A DNA stretch of 63,533 nt, the filler included, from Craspedostauros australis (taxonomy: Eukaryota): assembly GCA_030167865.1 (NCBI GenBank). It is 11 parts of 11 records of this genome, joined end to end, with 100 filler letters (N's around TTAATTAATTAA, not from the genome) between each part and the next. Parts side by side here need not be neighbours in the genome. Positions count along the whole stretch, not along the records: positions 24,188 to 29,900 come from JALAGF010003632.1; positions 30,001 to 50,997 come from JALAGF010003633.1; 9 more parts are not named here. One strand, 5' to 3'. Within the stretch, counting starts at the first letter, position 1; the number at the start of each line of letters is the position of its first letter. The notes beneath the pieces are model-generated. The model was not told the origin of the DNA. It searched no databases and worked only from the letters and a program-made list of their open reading frames with translations. A program made the translations under genes and the position numbers. Below, piece by piece: positions 24,188 to 36,658 of this stretch.

Positions 24188-25341
24188 TACACTTGACCTC
24201 CAGCTCCTGCATTTTCTCATGGAGTAGACCTCACCACGAGCAGTTCAAGGATCTGGAGACTGGATATAGATCGGCCATGCAGGTTGGTGACGTTGACATT
24301 GCAGCCATGAATTGGTCCTCCCGCAATAGTCTTGGCATTGCCGTTGGGCAGGACCTCGGCAGTCTCGTCCAATCGCAGCGTGCCATCATCGATCAGACAA
24401 AACAGTACCACATCCTATCAGTTCAGAGGATGGCTGAGGCGCAACTCCCGGTGATGAGAAACTTGGCTGGTGATGCCCCTATTGACTGGGTCGAGGTCCA
24501 AAACTTCGGATCGCAATCGATGAACAATAAAGTTTCCAACGACGCCTACTTCTTGACAGCTGGGTATTCCGTCAGACTCCGTCTGGCCGTCTGCTTTCAA
24601 CGGTACGCCATCGCCAGCGAGCTCGCTGGAAGGTTTGAGAAAGTCCATGAAGAGAGGCTGTCTTACAGCATACTCGTTCCTCGTCTGCTGTTTGTCGGCC
24701 TTGCAGCAGCGGGCTATTACAGAAGTACGAAGAAGAAGAAGCACCTGAGAAGGCTTCAACGCAATACGCGGGAACTGAAGAGTCTGGTGCGCCACAGAGG
24801 ATCGAACTGCCTCCACCAAAGTCTCATGCTAACGGCGCAACTCAAGGCCGTCACCTCAAGGCACACGATCGCAATAAAGCAATCCTACGACCTCGCGATC
24901 GCTGTCGCCAGCAAGGCAGGTTGCATCCACGACGTGGCGCTTGCTTCGGAACTGGCTGGTGAAACGTTTCTCCGAATGGGCGAGGAAGAGATGATCGGCA
25001 CGTACTTCACGGATGCGGTCATTCATTACAACCAATGGAGTTGCAAGGCCAAGGTCGACGACATCAAGTCGCGCCATCTGCAGTACCTCGACCTCAAGAA
25101 GCTCGCGAGGTCAAAGGGTAAGCAAATCACAGCAGTGCACATCTCAACCATCGGCTTCAACGGCAGGAAGCAAGCATCGGATGATACCATTGGAGCAGAG
25201 ACTGGGATCGTCACTTCAATGACACCCGTCATACCTGGTGCCGCCAGCACAGGGCAAGTTGGAGACGTCTCGTCGAAGCAAGATACGTACACGCACACGG
25301 ACGATGATGATATCTCCGTCCTGAGCGACGGGTCGGTGTGA
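24188..25341 (+). CDS. 3' part of the COG3899-type ATPase
   Basis: 24188-24695 is the reverse complement of 13970-14477; YDLAIAVA..GCIHDVALASELAG and YNQWSCKAKV motifs; stop at 25341. Confidence 0.85.
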
Positions 25342-25829
25342 TGAGGAGTCCTGTTGAGTAGATGCCTCAGATGGAGGCAGAGAGAATTTTTGGAACTACT
25401 GGAGTAGTAGAATACTCTAGATACGTCATCAATTTGTATCCCTTCAAGACCCAGGCCAAATGCTGTCATTTTTTCCTTTTTTGGCCCATGTTAAATTTTG
25501 AACGAGGTTTCCCTACCAGCAGCTACGACAGAACGCCTCCTTTTTAATCTAGTTCGAGACCATTCTTCGTATTTGCATGGTTTTACTTGTAAACTAATCC
25601 CGTTAGCTCTGATCCTGTCCATGGTATGCAGCCCAGTGTTGTGTACAGATGTAAACCTTGCAGACACTGCACATCCTTCTCACCCTTTTCGGTTTCACTC
25701 CTGCTTCTCCGTCTTGCTTTGCTTTCGCCTCCAAGAACGCGCAGTATGTGTAGGTCTGCTGGCACCTATCTCTCATGATCAGCTCCTTGTGTATATATAA
25801 CTCATGGATTAAGCCATTATTTCTCATAG

Positions 25830-27861
25830 CCTGCGCCGTAGGTGCTTTTCCGCCGCCCGCTTTAATCTCGTGTGGAGCACAAGGCAGTACGGCAATATCG
25901 AGCTGTTATGCATGCGCGCTAACCGGACTCTGAGTCGCCAATCAGGTCCTCCTCATCGCCCCTGCGCTCGGTGATATGTATCGTCGTATGTATTGTTTCT
26001 GTCTTTTTCTTTCGTTTCCTGTTGTGTTGGTGGGTGTGGCCGTCGGCGGACACCGCTCACCGTCGACCCCGGAGCCAGTTTCTTACTTCCTTGGGCATTT
26101 GCGCCTCCGGAGTACCTCGCACACAATGCACTTGGTCTATCCAGATCGCCACGGAGTCGATATTGGTTGCGTCGTTGCCACTCATCTGCAGCCGCCCCCA
26201 TGCCTCGGCGCTGTCGTCCTGCGACTGAAACTCCTCCTGCAGTCACTCTTCATACTCGCGCACAGCCTGCTGTATGTCAGCCTCCGGGCTGCCTTCGCCG
26301 TGGTGCATAGCCAGGTTGCGTTGTCACCAATGCTCCCATGCTATCTTCCACAGCTTCCTGACAACCTGTGCTGCCCACTTCTCCGCTGACAGCTTGTGTC
26401 CGATGTCCAGATAGTACCTGCTTTGGAGATCAGTCCATGACCTAGCCAGTACGCCTTGCACGAGCTTGTCCCACCCAACGGCACTCTGATCGTCCATCAG
26501 CGCAGCTTCCAGCCAATTCGCCCAGATGCATCCGATAGGCCCCAGCCCTCTTGACACCTGCTTCAGGTTTGTCACCAGAACCTTGACAATCGCTGGATGG
26601 GTCACTGACCAACTGAGCGTCCTCCGCAATCTCTGCCACTGCGTTTTCCACAAGGCACGCAACTCGTCAGCCTGGCACACCCACAGGTGGTCGTGGGTTT
26701 CCTGCTCTCCGCACCGCGGGCGCTCGCCCGTCCTCCGCGCACCCCATCTCACCATCCTTGTTCCAACCGCTGCCTCTTTCATCAAGAGCTTCATCGTCAG
26801 TACTCGTTGTGTGTCGGAAACGCCTCTCGCGGCTCTGCGCATGGCTCTCACATCGGCCAACCCGTCGCCTGGCGATTCCAACCCTCTGTCGCTCCGGGCC
26901 TGTCTCACTGCCGCCTCCACGTCCTCACCTGCGATGCTCTCGTACGTTGTGCGTGACCTCTTGACACCGCCCTTCCAGATGCTCCACTCCGCCTTTCCTG
27001 TGTGTTGGTGGTGCCTACATCCTTGGGTGTTTTCCAACGGCTCCCACCGCTTCGCCGCAAGCTTATCCGTGATCACATTCATGCGTGCCCAGACGTCGAG
27101 TTCATGTATCTGCCTGACCTCGTCCTGATGTCCTTTCACATGCCACCCGTGGACTGTTGTCCGCAGCTGCCGGCGCACCCGCATCGTTGCAATCATCATG
27201 TCATAGTCCGGGCTCGCTGGATATGGATCCTCCTCCCACTCCAGGGACTTGAGCACTTGGACGTTGTCGCAACTCCATTGCAAGCGCCCCCCTTCCATAT
27301 CGTATCGGCGTTCCATCTCCCGCACCGCGACCAGGGCGCTGCATATTCCTGCGAGCTCCGCCCGCAGTGAGGACGTCTGCCCCTCTCGGTGTGGCGCCTC
27401 CACAGTGCCAAAGGCAACCAACTCGAGAGACTCATCTGTCGCCATCACCCACGCTGCCGCTCCTTCTCCTGCCTTCGCGGACCCGTCGCTACCTCCCACT
27501 GCCGTGCCGTCTTTGATGCTCTCCGCGATGTCTTCCCATGCCGCCTCGCTACGTATGTGTTGAAGGGACCACGCTTCGGCCTCATCGAGGCCCTGCCATG
27601 CGTCTGCCATGGTGCCCGTGTCTGCCTCCGGTGTTGGTACCTCCCACTCACCGGTGGATAGCATTCGAATGCCGTCACCCTGGCAGTACCCGTCAGCAGG
27701 CACCCCAGTCCCATCGCTGGCCACATCTGGTAGCATCCGAAACATTCTCCTGTGTGAACGCATTGGGACCTCCTGCCACTCCGTCCAGTCGCCGTCCCGC
27801 ACTTGAAGCCGCCCTCTCTCCTCGCTCCACTGCATCATCATCGCTCCGCCCCCTTGCTTCC
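25830..27861 (-). mobile_element. Ambal-like non-LTR retrotransposon 3' part: RNase H, zinc-knuckle-like region, C-terminus and 3' UTR; degenerate
   Basis: RNase H motifs SDGS, RAELAGI, SCDN, HVKGHQD, NVITDKLA; RPRCGEQETHDHLWVC; in-frame stops at 26324 and ~26242; natural stop at 26057. Confidence 0.85.
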
Positions 27862-28332
27862 TGTTGGAAATCCGGGGTGGTGTGATAGTAGAAAGCTAAT
27901 CGTTTGTTAGAATCTACTTCTCTGAACTGTGAACTCTTCATTGCTCTCAACTTCCAAAGTTCAATCTCCTCCTGAGACCTCCATGGGTCCCTCTGTTGGT
28001 CTAGCATGCATCCATCTTGCATTCATCGTGAATTCATCATGGACCTGCACACACCACCAAGTGCCCCATGTCCATGCACTCAAATGCGTTGTCCTCCACT
28101 GATAGTTTTGTTGGCTTAGACATCGCCAAGTTGTAGGAATCACATGGCTTGGTCCATTCAATTGGATTGCAGCATCCCATCCCTCACATGAACAGCTTGG
28201 ATGGTTGCTCTCCCTCAGCTTCTCATCATCGAACATCTCTGATACCTCTCCAGTACATCACTGACACTTCACCAATCCTTTGCTGGTTCATCATTTGTGA
28301 TCCGGTCACAGGCCATCTCACTCCTTGTGACA
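27862..28332 (+). mobile_element. 471-bp TG...CA element related to 20621-21409 at its 5' end
   Basis: Starts TGTTGGAAATCCGGGGT, ends TGTGACA; truncates the RNase H ORF. Confidence 0.55.
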
Positions 28333-28338
28333 TCTGTC

Positions 28339-29142
28339 TGTTGGCAAGTTCCGCTCACGGAAGCCTACGATCGTGGAAGACGGTGTTGTTGATAGTCGGT
28401 CTGTTTGCTATTTCATTAGTTGAGCACTCCAATCCTCTCAGTGTCTCAGTTGTCTTGCCCGATGCTCTTGGTGCGTTTGTCTATCTCATAGCTTGGATGG
28501 TCCGACTATGAGTCGGCACGCGAGATGCTCTCTCGCCATTCTTTGTATTCTCTCTCTCTCTCGATATCGTGTACTTGCACTACACAATACTCCTTGTTCG
28601 ATGCGTGCTCCACACTCAACACTCCATGAGTTCATCATTGGTTCCTACTCCATGAGTACTTACCATTTGAACTTTACCTCTTGTATTCATGATCTTGATG
28701 CCCTTCAGTCATTCGATCTTTACCTTCTGCTTCTGACATGGAGGCAGATGTCGACGTGGTGACATGATGACATCCTGTCGACGTCAGTAGGTGTCTTTCT
28801 GCTCTCCAGATGTCACATTCCATTGGTGATGCGGTGGTCTCTCTGATGATATTGTCATCTGAGGTTTAGTTGGGAGGTACCTCAAGATTCGCTTGGTACC
28901 ATACGTCTCCATTGATGGATGGACGGACGATATTTCTAATTCTCTCAGAAATCGTCGATTGCAAATTTCCTCCAGAAATTCTGCTCATTTTTGTGTTCCA
29001 TTTCCACTGTGATTCTGACAAATCACAGCATACTATTGATACTAGTGTAGTTATACCGTCCAAGTACGTATGAGAGAATAACGGGTGAACGATGCACATA
29101 TACACGTACATCTCGACTTATACTCACATGTACATCTCGACA
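28339..29142 (+). mobile_element. Complete 804-bp TGTTGG...TCGACA LTR-like element
   Basis: Colinear with 4126-4936 and with reverse 21848-22651. Confidence 0.85.
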
Positions 29143-29460
29143 CCTCTGATATCGGAACTGTGGCGATATGGATCGGGCAAGTACATCGCGTGCTTGGCGT
29201 TACGGACGAACAAGTGCCCGTGGAGGTGCGCACGTGGCTCCGAGGACGGCGACGAGTGGCCTGAGGAAGTGCATGGAAGACACGACATACATACACAGAT
29301 ACATGAAACAGACGAACGCGTGATGGCGGGACGACGGTGCTTGGCGACGGGAGCTGCCATCCGGCAGAAGTGTATACATATTGAACTGATGGCCGTACTG
29401 CCTCGTGCCCTACACGAGATCAAAGCGGGCGGCATTTATGCCGCCTTAGTGAGTCGACCT
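29143..29460 (+). mobile_element. Extreme 3' end of another Ambal-like element
   Basis: SDIGTVAIWIGQVHRVLGVTDEQVPVEVRTWLRGRRRVA* aligns with TNIDSVAIWIDQVHCVRGTPEAQMPKEVRNWLRGRR* (about 26170-26057); shared 3' UTR motif at 29392-29433. Confidence 0.8.
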
Positions 29461-30078
29461 GCACTTTGTTACGGGACTCAGGAACATTTTTTCAGTAGAT
29501 CCAAACCAAGCATATAATCGTATTCTCCCACCTCTCCTTATAAATAATTAACCATTACATTTTTGAGATAGATCCTATTTTAAGTTTTATGCATATTCAA
29601 AGGTTTTCTGAAGTCGTATGGGTCGATCCCCATGAAATTCCTAGTTGTTTCGCAGAAAGTTCGATCATGTTCTCATGCATTTATCGTATGGTATCCANNN
29701 NNGGAATAGACGCCGGGATTGTCGTTCGTTTGGTACGCGTTAAATACACGTTAGCATCTGCGACATGATCTCACATTTTGCTCGTCACAAAACACATCAC
29801 ACAAAACACATCACAGATCATCGGCATCTGTTCACAAATTCAGGCATCATCGCCACACTTTCGCTCCATTTCGCAACTTTCTTCGCCAATGTCATGTGTA
29901 NNNNNNNNNNNNNNNNNNNNNNNNNNNNNNNNNNNNNNNNNNNNTTAATTAATTAANNNNNNNNNNNNNNNNNNNNNNNNNNNNNNNNNNNNNNNNNNNN
30001 ATCACATTGGCGAGTGTTGATTCAAGAATCTTGAAGGCAGTAAAGGCAGCTGCAAACGAGTACACAACAGTGATGCGG

Positions 30079-31886
30079 CTACTCCACGCATGTTGGTATT
30101 GGACCATCCATCCACATTTCTCTCGCACTTACCCTCCGTTCCACGGACATGACCGAACGAATCTGGCGCAGATTATCCATCAGGCCCTGCAAATGCTCCA
30201 ATCCTTCCACCTTGACGAGGAATACCAAGATGGCATGCTCATCCGTCGTTTGGCTGCCCGTCATCATGATGCTGGACAGCTCTGAAACGACCTCGGAGCA
30301 ATCCGCAAGCAGCAGCTTTCGATCCTGCGCGTGAACGACGATCTCGCAGACGAAGTGGGTCTTGCGGTCGTCGCCAGTGAAGTTGACGTCGGACCATTTC
30401 AATTTGACCGGGATTTCGTTCTCCTTGTGGTTATAACTGTTGTGCTTCGCGCTGCTGCTGCTGCGCAATGCTTCCGTGCGTCCAAGATGGCCAAACTCGA
30501 ACAGGCCGGCAGCGGGCCTCTTGTTTTCGGACAGCGCGCGGTTGATGGCGAGCTGGGCATGCGGACAACCCAATCGATGGACCTTGGGCGTGGAATCGGG
30601 CTTGTGCTCTGGTCGTGTGCCAACTATCTCGTCTCCCAGGACGGGCAGGCAGCTTTCGCAGAGATGTTCCGGATCCGCGTACTCCACGATGTCATCTGGA
30701 ATGACGCTGGCTGGTCTCTTGTTTTGGATTGGCAAGGGACTTGACGATGCCTTTGGCCAACCATTGGTTTGTCCATCGTGCGAATCGTTTGTAGAGTCAT
30801 TGTGAGCCTGTCCGTTGTGATTTGCTGCGCTGTCATCATGACGGTTGCTGTTCGGGTCGTGGTCGCCATTGTCGCCGTGGGCGGTGGCGTATTCGTGGTG
30901 GTAGTGATAGTGACAATCCAGATCGCTGGTATGTGCGGCATCGTCATCATCACCCGCATCCGGATCGACATCCCCAATACCGTCACCGTCGAAAGCAGCC
31001 TCCAACAGCTTGGAATTCTGCTCGGCCGCGGCCGCTCTCGCCGCATCGCGCGCACGGCGCTGGCTCTTGTGCACGGCGTCGAGGATGCTGCTGGGGATGA
31101 ATTCCTTGCGGTTCTTTTCTGCATTGAGGAGGACCTTGAGGGGCACCTTGAAGAGCTTGGAGACGAAGGAGTGCAGGAGAGATCGATCGTTCTGCTTGCC
31201 GATCTTGATGAAGAGGTCGTCAATGTTGTCCCACTGCGTGTTTCCGGGCAGCAGAACCGCCAGCTCTTCCACCGTGATGGGGATCGTGAAGGACTCCTCC
31301 AGGTAGGACTCCTTCTCGATGAGAGGACCGTGCATCCAGAGGTGATCCATGATGAGGATCTTGCCTGCCTCGTGGAGACTCTCTCGTTGCTTGGCCCCGG
31401 AAGTAGGCGCGCAGCTTGGAACGCGTGGATCGGCTCTTGGCATACTGCATCCAGGACGTGCTGGGCTTGCCCCCGCCCGTGAGGATGGAGACGACGTCGC
31501 CATTCTGGAGCTGGTACGAGACGGGGACTGGCTTGCCATTAATCTCCACGCCGTGCATGGTGAGACCGACCTCCGTGTGGATTTGGAAGGCCGCGTCGAC
31601 GGCGGTGGCACCACGGGCCAGGTTGAGGATCTTGCCATTGCGAAGGAAGACGAAGACGCGCTTGCCGAGCAGCTCGTTGCGGACGCTGTCCACGAAATCT
31701 CTGGCACTCAGCATATCGTTTTGCCATTCCTTGATGCTGGACAGCCAAGGAGTGTTGTAAACATCATCGGTTCCCTTCTTGGCATCCGTATAGGCCCAGT
31801 GCGATGCCATGCCGTACTCCGCGACCTGGTGCATGAGGTTGGTGCGAATCTGCACCTCGATCGTTTGCCCGTTGAGGATGAGAGCC

Positions 31887-31918
<32 letters not shown>

Positions 31919-33559
31919 GAAGGAGATGTAATCCTTGACGCGCGTCGGGACCGGTTGGAAACCAGGCAGATGTTGCACCAACCCAAGGACGTGGTAGCAC
32001 AGCCAAACTCCGCGATCCGTATCATGGTCGTCCACCTCTGCCTGCACCTTGGGCGTGATGATGACGCGCAGCGCCACGACGTCGATGATGTTGTCGAGAT
32101 TGCGCTCTCCCTTGACCTCCATCTTGTGCCAGAGGGAGTAGAGCTCCTTCGTCCTGCCGGAAACCTGCACGTCGACGGCATGATCGCGCAGGGTGGCATC
32201 CTCGCCGAGGCGCTTCTTGAGCACATCCTGCGAGTTGTCCAGCGTCTCCTGGTACTTCTTCTGGTGCTGCAGGAGCTTGCGGTTGAGGCGCTTGTACTCC
32301 TGCGGGTAGAGGTACATGAATGCGGTGTCCTCGAGCTCGCTCTTGAACTGCCAGATCCCCATGCGGTGGGCCAAGGGGGCGAAGATGTCTAGGGTCTCGC
32401 GGCTGATCTTGACCTGCTTCTCCGGCTTCATGTGCCTGAGCGTGCGCATGTTGTGCAACCGATCAGCCAGCTTGACGATGATGATGCGGTAGTCGTCCGT
32501 CATGGCGACGAACATCTGTCGCAGGTTCTCCGCCTGCTCGTCGGCGTAGTCGGTGAAGGCGAGCTTGGGCATCTTGGAGACCTTGGTCTCGCCCTCGACG
32601 ATGGATCGCACGACCTTGCCAAACATGTGCTCGACGAGCTCGAAGGTGAGGTCGGTGTCCTCCACGGTGTCGTGCAGCAAGCCCGCGATGACGGATTCCG
32701 CATCCATGCGCAGCTCGGCCAGCAGATGCGCCACCTCCACCGGATGGATGACGAATGGCTCGCCGCTCTTGCGCATCTGTCCGCGATGTGCGCGGTAGGC
32801 GACGCGCAGGGCATCGTACATCTTGGCGACCTGAGCCGTGCCGAGGTAAGAGACCTTTGGCAGGAGGCGGTCCCAGTAGAAGTCGACCTGCTGGCAGTCG
32901 TAGGAGGACATGTCACGGAGGTCTTCGTAGATCTTGTCGAGCGTCTCGACGTTCTCCTTGTCGAAGAAGGTGCCCTGGTTCATCATGATCTCCGTCCAGC
33001 TATTGACTTCCGGTGCCGTCTTGGCCACGGGTCTCTTCTCCACCGGCGTCGCGTCGGACGATGACACGGGGTAGAAGTGGTAATCCTCCCGTCCTTCCGC
33101 GCCGAATCCGCTGCCGTTCCGATCGATTCCGCTCGTTCCCAGAACGGAGGAGGCCAGATCGATGCCTGCGATTGTGCTGGCAACCGCGCCTGTGCTGAGA
33201 GAGTCCTCCTTGAGGAGCATCTCGATGATGGTCGCATTCTCCTGCGAGATGGGAGCGTCGCAATAGTCGGAAGAAGATGATGACGACGATTCGGACATTG
33301 GCATGGACATCGACAGCATGGTTGATGACTTTAAGGGCGGTGCTCTGTGATGTGCTCTGTGATGGGCTCTGTGATGGGCTCGAACATGACGACGATGATG
33401 ATTTGTGCTGCTTCGGAGGGCAGTTGATGCCATGAAACATGACGCATCATTGGAGTATCTGACTGCCGAGGACTGCAGCGCTGCTGATGGAGACGCTGCG
33501 AGAAAGATGGCACAGGCGAGGCCGATCAAGGACCGCCGCAGCATTGTTCGGTCGGCCAT
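30079..33559 (-). CDS. RSH: Long bifunctional RelA/SpoT homologue (HD-SYNTH-TGS-CC-ACT) with bipartite plastid-targeting-like leader; 1-nt frameshift at 31395-31398; last exon uncertain
   Basis: HRGQMRKSGEPFVIHP, LLHDTVEDT, VKLADRLHNMRTL, RVKDYISFPKPNGYQSLHT, EVQIRT, GATAVDAAFQIHTEVG, CESCLPVLGDEIVG, DRKLLLADCSEVVS; GTAAGT donor after VERR. Confidence 0.93.
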
Positions 33560-34536
33560 TGTGTTTGCAGGCGTCTGATTGCAAGTGACGCGCTGTAATG
33601 ATGTGCGATGTTGAGGCAGTAGCCGCACGCGCACGATCCAGTCTCTCCTCTGCAGTCCACTCCACCAACAGGCGCCTCTCATCAAAATTGAGATCGTGCT
33701 TGGATCCGCTCAGCTGCTGCTATTGCTCAGCCCCAATGGAAGCAAGTTACGGCAAAGTAATGAAAATGGGAGTGGTCTCCTCTGTCGATCGTATTGGTTC
33801 TCGTATTGTGGTTTGGGATGGAGCAGGCGCATGCAAGAGAAGCGACGGCATGGAAGTTGTGCGAACGTGTTTGACCTCTCTCCAACAACATGCCACGGAT
33901 TGGGGGATGTGCACAATAGGAACCGTAACCACAACAACGGAGGCAAGCGTGTTCGTCCTCCACGCAAGCCAAAAAGGACGTTGTTCCGAACATGCTCGCA
34001 TCAGCAGAACTCTCGACCAGAATTGGTTCCGACCCACGATTCGAGCCAATCCGTGACTTGTTTGATGCAACACCAAAGATACCATGTTTGGGCGAAGCCA
34101 TCCTCACAAAATGCCGATCAATGACCACCCACTCACCGTCCGCGCATCATCCACACCACAGACCGTTCAGCAATCACCAGTCAAGAGCACTGCACATATC
34201 GACATCAACACCAACACCAACATCAACACGAAGACCACACAGAGAGATAGACTTCACACATGATTTTGAAACAGATAAGCTATTCTAATTACATCGTCCA
34301 TCGCGCTGACAGGCACACCGTCACATCGCATCGCGTCACATCCCATTTGCGTGCCACACAATTGGCCGCCACATACGTTGTCTGTGCGTTTTTGCTTGCG
34401 TGTGGATACCCTCCTGATGTGCTTGCCCAGATGGAGCTCCATATTCACCGTCGTACCTTGTACCACATACACTCACTCTGCTCGGACCATACCGGCGGTA
34501 TGTACCTGCAGCAGTCGGGATCGGCGTTCACGATGT

Positions 34537-36658
34537 TTACATCAAGGAGACGATGATGCAGACGGTGGCAGCGACAACTCCCGAAATGGTCATCGTCGAG
34601 GCGGATGATGTTGGGGCCGAGGTCGGGGCGCTAGTGGCTGCGGTGGGCTGCATCGTCAGGGTCGTTGGTGCGCTGGTGGGTGCCGAGGTTGGGCCGGGTG
34701 TTGGAGCGCTGGTGGGTGCCGAGGTAGGGACACTGGTTGGGGCGCTGGTGGGCGCCGAGGTTGGAGCGCTGGTCGGAGCGCTCGTGGGTGCCGAGGTAGG
34801 GGCGCTGGTTGGGGCGCTGGTTGGGTTGCTGGTGGGTGCCGAGGTTGGAGCAGATGTTGGCAGTGGTGTGGTTGGCACCATGCTGGTGGTTGGACTGACA
34901 GATGGGAAGCCGGTTGGGGGATCCGTGGCTTCCAATTCGGCAACCTGGAGGGCAATCACGTTCTGGTCGTCATCGACGAAGTAAAGGACGGATCCATCAC
35001 TCTTCAGGGCGGACTGTCCCGTGATGCTGGCATCATGCGTGTAGTCGTTGTTGTCCTCGATGTCGCTGAAGCGTGCCTGGTGGATCACGGCCGAGCTGGA
35101 TGAGGCTTTGCCTTCGATGTAGTACACGTAGTTGTCGAATGCAACGTGCGGATCGATGGTGACGAAGGAGGTGGTGGTCTTGGTGACGACGGTGTTGAGG
35201 TCGGCGCTGAGCTTGTAGAATTCAGTGGTGGCGCCGCCAACGAACATGGAGGGCTGTTCCGGGTCGCTGCTCAGAGCTGGGCTGGTGCGGAGGGGATCGA
35301 ACAAGTTTCCCTCAGAAGGGAGGGCACGCTCGAGGGTGGCTCTCAGGAGGGGACCACTGTCGAAATCTTCGCGTCCGAGGATTTGTCTGTCGAGAGGGTT
35401 GAATCCCCAAAGGACTCCCTTGGCACCCGCACCGTAGACGGAGTGTCCGTCGCGGAGCATGACGGGAGCGGTGATCGAGACGAAGATCTCCGCGGTTCCA
35501 GGTCGGAGCTGAATCACTGGGGTATCTGGCACGGTGGTGCCATCAAAATCGCTTGGGAGCTGGTAGGTGTAGAGGTTGGCACGCGTGGAGTTGATGGACT
35601 GGTCGGTGTTGACGGGCGTGTTGGTGAAGATGACGATGTCCTGTCTGTTGTTGTCCGCGCGACCCTCATCGTAGAAACCGACGGTCGGGTTAGCGAATCC
35701 TCCCAGCGGAGCGTATGGACCGACGGGGTTTTCTTCCTGGTAGATGACCTTGCCTGTGGTTCCCATGTCCTGGACGACAGCCAAGTTGCCCTGGCTTTCG
35801 AAGTTGGTGTTCGCGGTGATGTACAGGTATTTTCCGCCTTCTCCGATGAATGGGCTGCGTTGGGCGGCTCCGTTGATCTCCTCGGACACCCACTTCACGT
35901 TGAGGTCGAAGTCAAGGGCGATGATGCGGCTGTGGTCCGGTTGAAGATGAGTTGGGTTGAAGTTGAGTTGGAGTTGAGCAAGTTAGGTTCGAATTCGACC
36001 AGAGCATCATGGATGGTGCAATTGGAAAGTGCGAAAGTTAGCAGGTGGTTAGAACACAGCGTGTCATTGTTGTTTGTGAGGGTGATGGATGCGTGCTTCG
36101 CAAGCTCTCTGCCTCTTCTGCCCTGCTCTGCACTGCGATTACAATGCAGCGCAGGCCAGTGCTGGTGGTCGCAATCAGATATAGCAGACGAAATGAGACT
36201 GCAAATGAGACTGCAAATGAAATGACAGTGAGACAAGGAATGAGACAAGAAATGAGAGAGGAGACTTACGTCGTTGGGTTGTTGGTTCCTGGACTGACGA
36301 CGACGGCATAGACGATGTACGGGTTGGAGTCGAAGTCAGAAATGACAGGCTGACTGTTGCACTCGATGTTTCCACTGTCTGGGATGTAGCCGAATGATCC
36401 CATGGGCTCACCGCTGATGGCACCGTATTTGTAGATGCCTCCGCTGGCGGTGGTCACGAAGATGAATCGCTGGTCACGGCTCATGACGATACCGTTGCCG
36501 GTCTTGATCTCTCCACCCTCCTGGAAGCCGTTGTTGATGCCGACCGGAAGGGGCTGAGACCAGAGCTCGACGAGCTCGGGGATGTCCGCGGTTTGGGCAC
36601 TCGCATGGGAGGCCATCCAAGCGAAGGCGGATGCGATCACTGCTGTGTGGAACTTCAT
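34537..36658 (-). CDS. Secreted cell-surface protein (593 aa): signal peptide, beta-rich (propeller-like) domain, PTSAP stalk, GPI-like tail; exons 36658-36270 and 35929-34537
   Basis: MKFHTAVIASAFAWMASHASA signal; a GTAAGT...CAG intron restores the frame (1782 nt); about 17 PTSA-type repeats; hydrophobic C-terminus. Confidence 0.85.

Noticed and set aside
29380..29440. Hammerhead ribozyme in the retroelement 3' UTR
   Set aside because: CUGAUGG rather than CUGANGA, no correctly placed GAAA, and the core is absent from the second copy
31349..33064. Long antisense or alternative-frame ORFs over RSH (also over the ATPase, epsin, FMO, BCAS2 and surface protein)
   Set aside because: Shadow ORFs caused by C/G-ending codon bias; no independent motifs
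30079..33559. Bacterial contamination suggested by RelA/SpoT, Tmm-like and COG3899 genes
   Set aside because: Signal/transit-like leader, spliceosomal introns and linkage to BCAS2 and epsin show nuclear eukaryotic genes
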